From: a virus | Lineage: Duplodnaviria; Heunggongvirae; Uroviricota; Caudoviricetes | Length of the DNA stretch: 64,000 nucleotides | IMG/VR virus record: IMGVR_UViG_2687453522_000001 | Reading direction: 5' to 3' (one strand) | Shown here: positions 40,890 through 50,202 of the stretch, in pieces | Layout of the letters: every line of letters starts with the position of its first letter | Position numbering within the stretch: the stretch's first letter is position 1 | Program-made: the position numbers and the translations under genes | The notes under the pieces: model-generated | The model's database searches: none | What the model was told of the DNA's origin: nothing | What the model saw: only the letters and a program-made list of their open reading frames with translations

Positions 40890-41783
40890 ATGCATTCTTT
40901 ACAGAAATACATAAAACATAAATATACTCACTTAACTTTTTTTCTCTCATTACTTTTCTTCATGATATTTGAATCTCGAGAAGATATTATCAAGAAAACA
41001 TTATCTTTTTCTCTCGATGAAGTTTTACCATTCTTAATGTTTGCGTTCTTCTCCGCCTTTATCAGCATAACGATAAAGGAAAAGATAGCAAAAAAATACC
41101 CAGAAACAAACGATGGGATTACCATTATAGCTTTAATCTTTGGTGTAACGCTATATAGTGTATTTATATTATATTATTTATATGGTGATGTATACCAATC
41201 CACAATTGCTTTACTTATAAGTTCTGTGCTACTTGGTTCTGGGTGGTGGGTTCAGGCTACTGTGAGTAAAGTAGCCGCAAGAAAATCACACACCTTAAAT
41301 ACACTAATGAATCAAAGAAACAGTGAATTATTTCACAAAAAAGTCTCATCGGTAGCGAATACGTTCGGGCTTAGAAAAACCATAAATGAAATTATTGCCA
41401 AACAAAGACTTATCCCAAATGATAAAGATTTAAAAAATAAAAAGGTCCATGATAAATACATATCAGCAGGTAATGATATGTTCTTCGTTCTTAATTATTA
41501 TGAGTTTATCTGTTCAGGAATAATAAATGGAGACTTTGATGAAGATTCAATGAGAGAATGTCTTGGACAAATTGTTCCAGGTCTCGAAGTTAGAGCATTT
41601 CATTTTATAAGAATTGCAAGAGAAATTTCAGGGAGTAGCTGCTTCTGTAATTTTGTTGCTGTTTCAGATAAATGGTCTACTAATGGAGGCTCTCTTATTC
41701 TCAGACACGAGAAAGGAGAACCTGTGATCAATAACCTGACCCATTGCTTTGAAGAAACAGCCTGTTATAACACAACATCTTAA
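40890..41783 (+). CDS. multi-pass membrane protein with a ~170-aa cytoplasmic C-terminal domain (accessory cargo at the sim position)
   Basis: About four N-terminal hydrophobic helices; very AT-rich; opposite strand to flanking phage genes. Confidence 0.6.
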   Translation: MHSLQKYIKHKYTHLTFFLSLLFFMIFESREDIIKKTLSFSLDEVLPFLMFAFFSAFISITIKEKIAKKYPETNDGITIIALIFGVTLYSVFILYYLYGDVYQSTIALLISSVLLGSGWWVQATVSKVAARKSHTLNTLMNQRNSELFHKKVSSVANTFGLRKTINEIIAKQRLIPNDKDLKNKKVHDKYISAGNDMFFVLNYYEFICSGIINGDFDEDSMRECLGQIVPGLEVRAFHFIRIAREISGSSCFCNFVAVSDKWSTNGGSLILRHEKGEPVINNLTHCFEETACYNTTS

Positions 41784-41791
41784 TATTTTGT

Positions 41792-41815
41792 AACCCATAA
41801 TCGCTTTATGGGTTA
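41792..41815. terminator. bidirectional hairpin between convergent genes
   Basis: AACCCAT-aatcgcttt-ATGGGTT inverted repeat. Confidence 0.35.
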
Positions 41816-41834
41816 CGTTAAATTTGCAATAAAA

Positions 41835-42311
41835 TTAATCGCCGCGCTTTAAGCATCCATCGTTTTTAGCTTGTTGATATAATTTACTTAGCCCAGAAAG
41901 AGGAAATGTGGCAATTTTTTCATTATCAACATAAGCATCGATCGCATTAGCATTTGAATCTGCTGCATCTTGCCAAAAGGCATACCACCAAGAATCTCCA
42001 ACCATTGACCCAAGATTGCTAAAAGGGTATTGCTCACCATCTAATGTTAATACTATTTTACTCTTGTCAGCATTATACTCTTTTTTATTATTCGACGACC
42101 TTAGCAACAGGCCTAAACTACCGGCACTATCTGGTGATCCATACATGAAACCCATATCACATAAAAAACTTATCTTATCACCATTTTGATTATGGATTGT
42201 ATATTCTCTCCCCCCTCTATCTTCAATTACATTCCATTGTAGAGGATCAATTTTTGCAAATACTCCTGCTGAAATTAACGATACAAATAATAAAAACCAT
42301 CTCATATTCAT
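41835..42311 (-). CDS. secreted (signal-peptide) protein, 158 aa
   Basis: N-terminal MNMRWFLLFVSLISAGVFA signal-peptide-like sequence; AT-rich; downstream of the 116-aa membrane protein on the same strand. Confidence 0.55.
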   Translation of the reverse strand: MNMRWFLLFVSLISAGVFAKIDPLQWNVIEDRGGREYTIHNQNGDKISFLCDMGFMYGSPDSAGSLGLLLRSSNNKKEYNADKSKIVLTLDGEQYPFSNLGSMVGDSWWYAFWQDAADSNANAIDAYVDNEKIATFPLSGLSKLYQQAKNDGCLKRGD

Positions 42312-42333
42312 TTTTTTCGCTTCTTATCTGTAA

Positions 42334-42684
42334 TTATTCTGCAATATCATTTGCCCATTGCACGGCAGCAAAATGAGTGCCCAAGCCACTCAGGAAAGCA
42401 ATTATTCCCAAAACAATACTAGCTGCTGTTGATTCAAACAAAGCACCAATGCTATAGCCAATAGCTCCCCATACTAAGCTAAAGACAATCATCAATGGTA
42501 TTGCCAGAAATTTTATTCTTAAACTAAAAATCAGTCCAAGAAATGAACCGCCAAAGGCCCACCATGATTTAGACATTAAACCTATCAGTATTGACAGAAT
42601 TCCTATTTCAATAAAGAGAATATTAGATTGCTCTTCATTGAATTTCGCATTTGTTACACCTTTACGAACATGTTCAGATGACAT
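42334..42684 (-). CDS. small inner-membrane protein (three predicted TM helices), 116 aa
   Basis: Hydrophobic segments ILFIEIGILSILIGL, IPLMIVFSLVWGAIGY, IVLGIIAFLSGL; AT-rich. Confidence 0.55.
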   Translation of the reverse strand: MSSEHVRKGVTNAKFNEEQSNILFIEIGILSILIGLMSKSWWAFGGSFLGLIFSLRIKFLAIPLMIVFSLVWGAIGYSIGALFESTAASIVLGIIAFLSGLGTHFAAVQWANDIAE

Positions 42685-42837
42685 GATTAACTATCTCCAG
42701 CCACAGATAAAACGCCTTAAAATAACATTTTGTAGCACAAAGTTTCACCATGCAATGGTCAAAGTCTTTGATCCATATCAATTAGAGTTATACATTTTAG
42801 TTGCATAGCTAATAATTTATACGGACACAAATTGCTC

Positions 42838-42854
42838 TAATTATTTTGTTTTTT
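42838..42854 (+). promoter_or_regulatory. C1 operator-like site (ATTGCTCTAATTATTTT), immI promoter region (Op51-like)
   Basis: 15/17 match to the consensus, upstream of the c4/icd/ant block. Confidence 0.5.
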
Positions 42855-43044
42855 TAGTTTCATATGCTACATTAACTCGCTTGCGTGCTAATGCATTTTC
42901 GGTTTATCCTAAACAAGCATCTTAGTAAAACGGATGCCGGGATTGGAACCCCGGATAATGCAAAAGGCGACACAGACGCCAAAAGCGTCTTTTTTATGTC
43001 ATGCCATCGCACAACCATACGTAGCACATAGCTACGAGATCAAT

Positions 43045-43124
43045 GGTAGTGCTGGCTGGGCTGCCGAAAGGCAGGCCGGTTCCCTTTTGCGCCGGTAGTT
43101 CCAACCCAGTCAGTGCTACCGCCA
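43045..43124 (+). ncRNA. c4: c4-like antisense RNA (tRNA-like, RNase P-type substrate)
   Basis: 10-bp terminal stem (GGTAGTGCTG pairing with CAGTGCTACC) followed by GCCA; internal loop CCCTTTTGC complementary to GCAAAAGG at 42968-42975 and to the icd ribosome-binding site at 43160-43167. Confidence 0.45.
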
Positions 43125-43180
43125 TTGAGATTGGAACCTCACGCGGTAGCTCCTTAAATTAGCAAAAGGAGGCTGCCATT

Positions 43181-43402
43181 GTGGCTACTATCCCTACCCC
43201 AACTCATCCTGAATTTATCTGGCGCTTTTACTCCTGCCAGAAACGTCACTATCACTTCGTTATTGCACCGACAGAAGATGAGGCTCGCTCTCAGCTTCCG
43301 GATGCACCCTGTATTTTCTCTGCCCGCTTTTCTACCGATTCGCGCAATTCTCTCAGTTACTGGAGCCTCCCTGTTAACGCTTCTGCTCAGGAGGGACTAT
43401 GA
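43181..43402 (+). CDS. icd: Icd-like cell-division inhibitor, 73 aa
   Basis: GTG start after AGGAGG; sequence (HPEFIWRF...EDEARSQL) resembles Icd-family proteins; stop overlaps the ant start. Confidence 0.55.
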   Translation: MATIPTPTHPEFIWRFYSCQKRHYHFVIAPTEDEARSQLPDAPCIFSARFSTDSRNSLSYWSLPVNASAQEGL

Positions 43403-44490
43403 GAACGTCATTAGTCACCCGTGAAGAGATGATCGAGGCAATTGAACAGCACACTGCCTGTATCAGTACCAGGGATATACCAGGCGTTATTGCCAACTAC
43501 TTCATGATCACCAAACAACTTTACCGGAGAAAGGACAAGAACGCGGTTCACCGTATCCTGTTGTCTGATATCCGCGAATACCTGCTCGAACAGGGTCATC
43601 TGAATTACGCAACCGTCGCAGCCGAAGCACGCAAGGAGGCACACAGAATGAAAGCAAATAACGTTAAATTAGAAAAAATTCATGCACCTTCAGTTCAGGA
43701 ATCAGAGCTGGTGGTTGCTCAAAATCAGCCTGATGAAATTCCCGTTCTGGAATGGCTGGGAGTACGTGTAGTGACAACTGAGACTCTTGCTAAGGGGTAT
43801 GGGACCGATGAAGCGAATATTCGTAAAAATTTGTCTCGCAACCCCGATCGCTTTGAAGAAGGTAAGCATTACTATCTCTTAACTGGTTCAAAATTAAAGG
43901 AATTTAAAAGGCTAGTGACTATTAGTCACTTGGTTAGCAAATATACAAGTCAGGTAATTCTCTGGGCCGAGCGCGGCGCTGCACGCATGTCTAAGATCGT
44001 GGACACAAATGAAGCTTGGGCATTCTTTGAAAAACTGGAAGACAGCTACTTCCGGCAAAAAGAACAGCAACCGGTCGCAATCCCCCAAACATTACCAGAA
44101 GCCCTACGCCTGGCTGCCGAGTTAGCAGAACAGAAAATGCAGTTGGAACAACAGCTGGTGGCCGCAGCCCCTAAAGTCGATTTTGCCGACCGGGTATCAG
44201 TGGCCAATGGAATCCTGATCGGGAACTTTGCAAAGGTCGTTGGACTTAAGCAAAACGCCCTTTTCTCATGGTTGCGCCAGAATGGCATTCTCATGGCTTT
44301 TGGAGCGCGCAAAAACGTACCGCGCCAACAGTACATCAACGCCGGGTATTTCACGGTGAAAGAAGTGGTGCTGGATGATGAAAATGGCTACCAGATACGG
44401 CTGACGCCCCAATTAACGGGTAAAGGCCAGCAGTGGTTAACTCGCAAGCTACTTGATGCTGGTTTGTTAAAACCAGTAGCAATAGGTTAA
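43399..44490 (+). CDS. ant: Ant antirepressor, 363 aa
   Basis: ATG overlaps the icd stop (ATGA); C-terminal AntA/KilAC-type domain (PKVDFADRV...GKGQQWL); position within immI. Confidence 0.7.
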   Translation: MRTSLVTREEMIEAIEQHTACISTRDIPGVIANYFMITKQLYRRKDKNAVHRILLSDIREYLLEQGHLNYATVAAEARKEAHRMKANNVKLEKIHAPSVQESELVVAQNQPDEIPVLEWLGVRVVTTETLAKGYGTDEANIRKNLSRNPDRFEEGKHYYLLTGSKLKEFKRLVTISHLVSKYTSQVILWAERGAARMSKIVDTNEAWAFFEKLEDSYFRQKEQQPVAIPQTLPEALRLAAELAEQKMQLEQQLVAAAPKVDFADRVSVANGILIGNFAKVVGLKQNALFSWLRQNGILMAFGARKNVPRQQYINAGYFTVKEVVLDDENGYQIRLTPQLTGKGQQWLTRKLLDAGLLKPVAIG

Positions 44491-44500
44491 CAAAAGAAAA

Positions 44501-44526
44501 AAACCTGCCAGCAAACTGGCAGGTTT
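44501..44526 (+). terminator. intrinsic terminator after ant
   Basis: AAACCTGCCAG-caaa-CTGGCAGGTTT perfect hairpin. Confidence 0.5.
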
Positions 44527-44568
44527 CTGAGCAGATCGTCCAACCCGATCTGGATCGAGTCAGAAAAA

Positions 44569-44585
44569 TTTGCTCTAATAAATTT
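44569..44585 (+). promoter_or_regulatory. C1 operator-like site (TTTGCTCTAATAAATTT), kilA-repL promoter (Op53-like)
   Basis: 16/17 match to the consensus, 70 bp upstream of kilA. Confidence 0.55.
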
Positions 44586-44654
44586 CGTTTTCTAAGTGCA
44601 AAGAATCACCATTTCGAGCTGGTGATTGAAGGTTGATGCAAATTTGGAGAAAAA

Positions 44655-45455
44655 ATGCAACAAACATTCAATGCGGATATGAATATATCAAACCTTCATC
44701 AAAATGTCGATCCTTCAACCACTCTGCCTGTTATTTGTGGTGTTGAAATTACGACCGACCGCGCTGGCCGTTACAACCTTAATGCTCTACACAGAGCGAG
44801 CGGACTCGGTGCCCATAAAGCGCCAGCTCAATGGCTAAGAACGCTGTCAGCCAAACAGCTCATCGAAGAGCTTGAAAAAGAAACTATGCAGAATTGCATA
44901 GTTTCGTTCGAAGGCCGTGGCGGCGGCACTTTTGCCCATGAATTGCTCGCTGTGGAGTACGCAGGCTGGATTTCTCCCGCGTTTCGGCTGAAGGTAAACC
45001 AGACATTTATCGACTATCGAGCCGGAAGATTACAACCTGCTATTCCGCAGAGTCTCCCTGAAGCTCTCCGTTTGGCTGCCGACCTGGCAGAGCAAAAGCA
45101 ACGGCTGGAGCAAAAAATGCTTATGGATGCACCTAAAGTCGAATTCGCCGAACGCGTTGCTACCGCCAGCGGGGTTCTAATCGGCAACTATGCCAAAGTG
45201 CTCGGCCTGGGCCAAAACTATCTCTTCACCTGGTTGCGTGATAACGGAATTCTGATCGCAACCGGTGAACGCAGGAACGTCCCCAAACAAGAATACATAT
45301 CCCGTGGGTATTTCACCCTTAAAGAAACCGTGATCGATACAAGCAATGGAAGCAGGATTTCTTTCACGACTCGTATAACCGGCAAAGGTCAGCAGTGGCT
45401 GATGAAGCGATTGCTTGATGCTGGTGTGCTGGTACCTGTCGCAGCAACGCGCTAA
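44655..45455 (+). CDS. kilA: KilA (KilA-N plus KilAC domains), 266 aa
   Basis: Length equals P1 KilA; directly upstream of repL; C-terminal domain homologous to the Ant C-terminus. Confidence 0.75.
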   Translation: MQQTFNADMNISNLHQNVDPSTTLPVICGVEITTDRAGRYNLNALHRASGLGAHKAPAQWLRTLSAKQLIEELEKETMQNCIVSFEGRGGGTFAHELLAVEYAGWISPAFRLKVNQTFIDYRAGRLQPAIPQSLPEALRLAADLAEQKQRLEQKMLMDAPKVEFAERVATASGVLIGNYAKVLGLGQNYLFTWLRDNGILIATGERRNVPKQEYISRGYFTLKETVIDTSNGSRISFTTRITGKGQQWLMKRLLDAGVLVPVAATR

Positions 45456-45484
45456 CAGACGTAGTAAGAACCACCAGCATTGTA

Positions 45485-46330
45485 ATGCTGGCTAAAGTCA
45501 CTTTCCTGAGCTGTATAACGATGAGCGATTTTACTTTTTCTGGCTATGAATTGGCCTGCTTTGTAACACACTCCGGTCTATCCCGTAGCGCCGGGCATAT
45601 CCTGTCGCAATGTGCAAATCTAGCGGCAACAACCAGTGAATACTTCATTCACAAGCCTCACCGCCTGATCGCGGCAGAAACTGGTTATAGCCAATCAACC
45701 GTCGTTCGTGCATTCCGTGAAGCTGTAAACAAAGGAATTCTGTCTGTAGAGATTGTTATCGGCGATCACCGTGAACGTCGCGCTAACCTGTACCGGTTTA
45801 CACCATCCTTTTTGGCCTTCGCACAACAAGCCAAAAATGCGCTGATTAAAAGCAAATTAAAGATCTCTTCAGCGGCAACCAAGGTTAAAGCTGTTCTCGC
45901 TAAGACATTGTCTTTATTTAATTTTTTATCCACACCCCCATGTCAAAATGATACCCCCTCCCCCTGTCAGGATGACGTGGCAATAAAGAATAAGAAGTCA
46001 CAAGTTAAAAAAACAAAAAGATCAGTTTCCGGCGGTGCCGGAACGACCAGATTCAAAAAATTGACCTCATGGATCGCTGAGGCAAAAGCAAAGGCTGACA
46101 ATCTGCGGTTATCCAAAAAACGCGCTCAAAAACATGAGTTCAAGCAGAAAGTAGAGGCGGCAGCGCGGAAATATGCTTACCTGAAGAACAAGCGTTCTCC
46201 TGATATTAGCGGGGTATCAAACTTCGATAATCTGCCGCATTGCATGACGGTAAACGAAGCTCTTAATGCGGTTTTAGCCAAAAATAAAGATAACGAAAAA
46301 TGGGGTATACCGGCAGGATTCAGAGGGTGA
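45485..46330 (+). CDS. repL: RepL lytic replication initiator, 281 aa
   Basis: Length and position (downstream of kilA under a C1-controlled promoter) equal P1 RepL. Confidence 0.7.
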   Translation: MLAKVTFLSCITMSDFTFSGYELACFVTHSGLSRSAGHILSQCANLAATTSEYFIHKPHRLIAAETGYSQSTVVRAFREAVNKGILSVEIVIGDHRERRANLYRFTPSFLAFAQQAKNALIKSKLKISSAATKVKAVLAKTLSLFNFLSTPPCQNDTPSPCQDDVAIKNKKSQVKKTKRSVSGGAGTTRFKKLTSWIAEAKAKADNLRLSKKRAQKHEFKQKVEAAARKYAYLKNKRSPDISGVSNFDNLPHCMTVNEALNAVLAKNKDNEKWGIPAGFRG

Positions 46331-46333
46331 TAG

Positions 46334-46350
46334 ATTGCTCTAATCTGGAG
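46334..46350 (+). promoter_or_regulatory. partial C1 operator-like site (ATTGCTCTAATCTGGAG)
   Basis: Core ATTGCTCTAAT intact, distal half diverged; immediately after the repL stop. Confidence 0.3.
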
Positions 46351-46594
46351 TCACCTGGCGTTTTCAGTTTGAGGTCGGAGATGCAATCTGATTTTTTACA
46401 GTTAGCGATTACTTTTTGCAGGGCATCGTTGAGACATATCCATATATAAAAACCCAAAGCCAGATCAAAACTTGTACTGATAAAAACACAGCTAACCATC
46501 ACAACTTGTAACGTTTATAATTAGTAAAAGAGTGATACATTGCTACTTTTACATATTTTTTGACTTAATTCATGGATAGTAATGGAGATGCATA

Positions 46595-47650
46595 ATGACT
46601 TATGCTGGCACACAAACAGCAGATAACGCCGGGGATACCATGAAATCATATGCTATTTGGAATAATAAAGGTGGCGTAGGAAAGACCTACTTATCTTTCG
46701 CTATGGCCTGTGAATACGCAAGGCAAAATCCAGAAAAGCGTATTATTTTTGCAGATATGTGCCCGCAGGCTAACTTATCTGAAATATTGCTCGGCGGTAA
46801 CGGTACTGGTGCTGCTAACCTCGCGAGCTTAATTCAACAACGAAAAACTGTCGGTGGGTACTTTGACAGAAGAACTCGCAGCCCCCACATGCTTACCGGT
46901 TCAGAAACAAGTTTCTTAATTCATGTCTCTGAAATTAACGAGCATGTCCCTGACAATGTATTTTTGATTGCAGGCGACCCAAGCCTGGAAGTTCAGGCGC
47001 AAGTAATCAATCAGTTAAGCAGCGTAAACTTACCAGTTGACTCATGGAAAAGCATCCACCTGTGGCTACGAGATTTGCTTGTTGCATGTGCACAACAACA
47101 AGGTATCGAAGAAACCATTTGCTTTATTGATTGCAATCCCAGTTTCTCTGCCTATACCGAACTATCACTGATAGCAGCAAATGCAATTATAATACCTTGC
47201 TCAAGTGATGGTTCTTCGGCTCGAGCAGTGGATAACCTAAGCCAGTTGGTTTATGGCGTTGGAGTACAAAACGATTATCGTTCTGTTAACTTTTACGATC
47301 GGTGTCAACAGTTTGGTCTAGCGGTTCCTGTCATTCATTCTCTAGTTTTTAATCGTTCGACAGAGTATGACAAACGAGCAAGTAAAGCGTTTTCGGCAAT
47401 GTTCGACGAAATCAGGGATAGAGCTGAAAATCTGCGGACGAATAAACCAACAGCGTTCCAAGGCGGAAATTTAAAAACGTTTACTGTGCCAGATAACCAT
47501 TCCGTAGCTATAGTATCTTCCCATCTAGGAAGACCTCTATTTGATATAAAACCAGGCAGATATCAGATCCATGACACTGAGCCACAAATCAATAATGAAC
47601 CATTAGAAAGATATGGTGCAGCAATCGAACGTCTTGTTCAGAGTTTATAG
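46595..47650 (+). CDS. orphan ParA/MinD-family ATPase, 351 aa
   Basis: Deviant Walker A NNKGGVGKTYLS; no adjacent ParB-like gene; GC lower than the backbone by eye. Confidence 0.65.
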   Translation: MTYAGTQTADNAGDTMKSYAIWNNKGGVGKTYLSFAMACEYARQNPEKRIIFADMCPQANLSEILLGGNGTGAANLASLIQQRKTVGGYFDRRTRSPHMLTGSETSFLIHVSEINEHVPDNVFLIAGDPSLEVQAQVINQLSSVNLPVDSWKSIHLWLRDLLVACAQQQGIEETICFIDCNPSFSAYTELSLIAANAIIIPCSSDGSSARAVDNLSQLVYGVGVQNDYRSVNFYDRCQQFGLAVPVIHSLVFNRSTEYDKRASKAFSAMFDEIRDRAENLRTNKPTAFQGGNLKTFTVPDNHSVAIVSSHLGRPLFDIKPGRYQIHDTEPQINNEPLERYGAAIERLVQSL

Positions 47651-47674
47651 TGGCTTATCTCAGTCATAATGGCT

Positions 47675-47708
47675 AAAAAAAGGCTGCAACAGAGGTTGCA
47701 GCCTTTTT
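47675..47708. terminator. bidirectional intrinsic terminator
   Basis: AAAAAGGCTGCAAC-agag-GTTGCAGCCTTTTT. Confidence 0.5.
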
Positions 47709-47719
47709 ATAAAATTACA

Positions 47720-48007
47720 TTAACAGACTGGTAGCGATAGTAAATTATTATTCCATCGATTGTCTGCATACGTTCTAATAAACTGCCTTCCACCATTACC
47801 AGGATTAACAACCCCAACTTCTACACGATTACCTGCATTATCTGTTACATAGAATGTATGGAGATTATTATCAATAGCATTAATTACCTGCTCAACAGTC
47901 CATTTCCCATTGCTAGTATTAAATTGAGGACTTCCCACATGAGTAATATGCTCATGGATTGATTGCGAGCCGGAGAGGGTAATGCAAGTAATGCGTACAT
48001 CAGCCAT
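47720..48007 (-). CDS. small hypothetical protein (~95 aa)
   Basis: Track ORF 47720..48097; probable start MADVRITCI; contains HEHITHVG; AT-rich. Confidence 0.4.
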   Translation of the reverse strand: MADVRITCITLSGSQSIHEHITHVGSPQFNTSNGKWTVEQVINAIDNNLHTFYVTDNAGNRVEVGVVNPGNGGRQFIRTYADNRWNNNLLSLPVC

Positions 48008-48296
48008 ATATGCTTCCTTTATTCTATAGATTATAGGAATTGCGTCGTCCAAAAAAACAAACAACACAATAACAATAAAGAAACATACACACAACAAAAA
48101 CTAACGCTATTTATTGATAGATTTGCCTGATGAATGCTAGCTCTCTTTGCTACCTAGCACTCAAACAAATAACAGAAGAAAGACCCAGATAACATTACGC
48201 GTCCTGCAAGACGCTTAACATTAATCTGAGGCCATATCTATGCTTAGCATATCTAGATTAACCCTCTCCCCTTTTAAGGAGCAAGGAATTTTACTG

Positions 48297-48929
48297 CTAT
48301 GCCGCCTTTCCAGTTATGGATTCTGCGACAAGAACAACCCCATGCTTACTTCGATCCGGATGTTCACTCCATATCTCGGATTCAGGAATACTTTTCCCGT
48401 CATAGCAAACACGTTCGCCATCAAATGGGTAATACTGAGCAGTATCGGTGTCCAGGATAAAAACTTTTAGTTCGGAAGAACGACGAGCGATGTGCTGCCA
48501 AAGAGCCTTTCCGCCTTCGTATTGCTCATTGTCACTTAGCAAAACAACTCCGGCTTTTGAAGCTACGGTTTCATAAACAAAAGTGGCTAAACCGACATCC
48601 CGGACGATTCCATCAACCACGATACCTTCAATCTGGGCAACATCGTTATCTTCCCAGAACTTCCTCACCAGTACGCCTTCAAGCTGTGGGCGACGTTGAA
48701 GTTCAAGAGTAGCGACAACCTTATGGCGCATATCACCATCGATAACAGAAGGAGCAGCCTCTATTACGGCAGCAAATGGGGTTTTGGAATCCCATATAAC
48801 CTGGTAAAGCACACCCTGGATGGTAACTCCGTCCAGGATCGAAAATCGACGAGCGACAGTACCCGGGGAGTACGACATTGGAATCACAGCCATTTTAGAG
48901 TCCCCCTTTAACAGTACAGGCACAAACAT
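48297..48929 (-). CDS. hypothetical protein, 210 aa
   Basis: ORF with backbone-like composition; no motifs recognised. Confidence 0.4.
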   Translation of the reverse strand: MFVPVLLKGDSKMAVIPMSYSPGTVARRFSILDGVTIQGVLYQVIWDSKTPFAAVIEAAPSVIDGDMRHKVVATLELQRRPQLEGVLVRKFWEDNDVAQIEGIVVDGIVRDVGLATFVYETVASKAGVVLLSDNEQYEGGKALWQHIARRSSELKVFILDTDTAQYYPFDGERVCYDGKSIPESEIWSEHPDRSKHGVVLVAESITGKAA

Positions 48930-49064
48930 CTACCTCAATAATTGTAGTTTATTAGAACATTAATAATCTAACATAAAACTCCAGACAATGTTATCGATGC
49001 ATTTTTATATAAAAAGGTTATAAAAAAAGCTCCCGAAGGAGCTTTAAAATACAAGGGATGACTC

Positions 49065-49574
49065 TTAATCCCACTCAATCCAGTTGTAGACGATACGAAG
49101 TGACGGGCGCACAGCGGCAGTCACATCTTCGGTACTAAAGTCGATTGCATCACTGTAGATTTTGCAGTCCAACATTTCAATTGTTGTAGCAGCTTTTGTC
49201 ACAGCGTTAACCCCGGAAGATTTGGATTCAGGGGTCGCAGCCATCGTGATATCAACATAGTCCTTCGCCGCAATGCGATCTTTAATGAACTGAAGAATAT
49301 CACCTTCGATAGTCTCCACGCACTGGACCTGGATTTCCCCGGAGTTACGGATTGGACCGTGCTGGTTGAACTTCACACCATTCGGACCATAGTCCTCCAC
49401 ATCCTCGCGGGTCATTTCAGGAATTTGCGACGTGCGAACCAGTACGCTGATATCTTCATGGCCTGCAAAAGTGAGCTGGAATTCAGAAGATACCAGTCGT
49501 TCGCCTTTGGCCGCGTTGGCAGTATAGCGGCCCTTAATAAATTTACGGTTTCCCTTAGTGTTATTGTGCCCCAT
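49065..49574 (-). CDS. hypothetical virion-module protein, 169 aa
   Basis: Downstream of the sheath-like gene in the same operon. Confidence 0.4.
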   Translation of the reverse strand: MGHNNTKGNRKFIKGRYTANAAKGERLVSSEFQLTFAGHEDISVLVRTSQIPEMTREDVEDYGPNGVKFNQHGPIRNSGEIQVQCVETIEGDILQFIKDRIAAKDYVDITMAATPESKSSGVNAVTKAATTIEMLDCKIYSDAIDFSTEDVTAAVRPSLRIVYNWIEWD

Positions 49575-49585
49575 ATAAAATCCTT

Positions 49586-50167
49586 TTACTGGAACGCCCG
49601 AACAATATCGGAGCTGTTATATATCGAAGAACCGGTCAACTGGAGGTTGACGGTGTTTTTCAGGAAATATCCATTACTGTCCCTTGGCGCATCGAGATCA
49701 AAACTTAAGTCCTGGATGGCGACATCGGTGATGTTGATCCGGCGACCAATGTTTAGCGTCACGCGCTCCGGGATTCGACCACCAACATTGGCCGCTTTTA
49801 GTTCCGGGCTAATCATGGCTGTCAACGCGGCGATAGCGCCTGAAACTTCAATGAATGGATTGTTCAAAGCAATGAAAGTTACAGGCAGCGTGAACGTCGG
49901 CGGAGTCCCCCCTTCCCAAACCATTAAGCTATTCCAACGGGCAACCGACGTTGTTTCAGTACCTACTTGCACAAAACCACCCAGAGCACCAGAAACAGAT
50001 CCCATGGACATACCGGTAAACGGCGCTTCCCAATTCTGGGCCATGTTCATTGCCGCTCCCTGGCTGATATATCCGGTAACCTGGTACTGAGAGTTCGTTA
50101 AAGTAACTTTCAGATATGGCGATACACCGTCAGCCTGGCTGTAAACCCCATAAGCTATAGGAGCCAT
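49586..50167 (-). CDS. hypothetical virion-module protein, 193 aa
   Basis: Same operon as sheath. Confidence 0.4.
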   Translation of the reverse strand: MAPIAYGVYSQADGVSPYLKVTLTNSQYQVTGYISQGAAMNMAQNWEAPFTGMSMGSVSGALGGFVQVGTETTSVARWNSLMVWEGGTPPTFTLPVTFIALNNPFIEVSGAIAALTAMISPELKAANVGGRIPERVTLNIGRRINITDVAIQDLSFDLDAPRDSNGYFLKNTVNLQLTGSSIYNSSDIVRAFQ

Positions 50168-50202
50168 TCAAGTTAAAGGCCGGAGTTCCCCGGCCTCCTC
50201 CT

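Noticed and set aside
42900-43170. tRNA gene(s): T-arm-like GGTTCCAATCC motifs and a 3' GCCA end
   Set aside because: No canonical cloverleaf could be drawn (8-nt T-loop, no clear anticodon arm). The position between the immI operator and icd, with loop complementarity to the icd ribosome-binding site, fits a c4-type antisense RNA instead.
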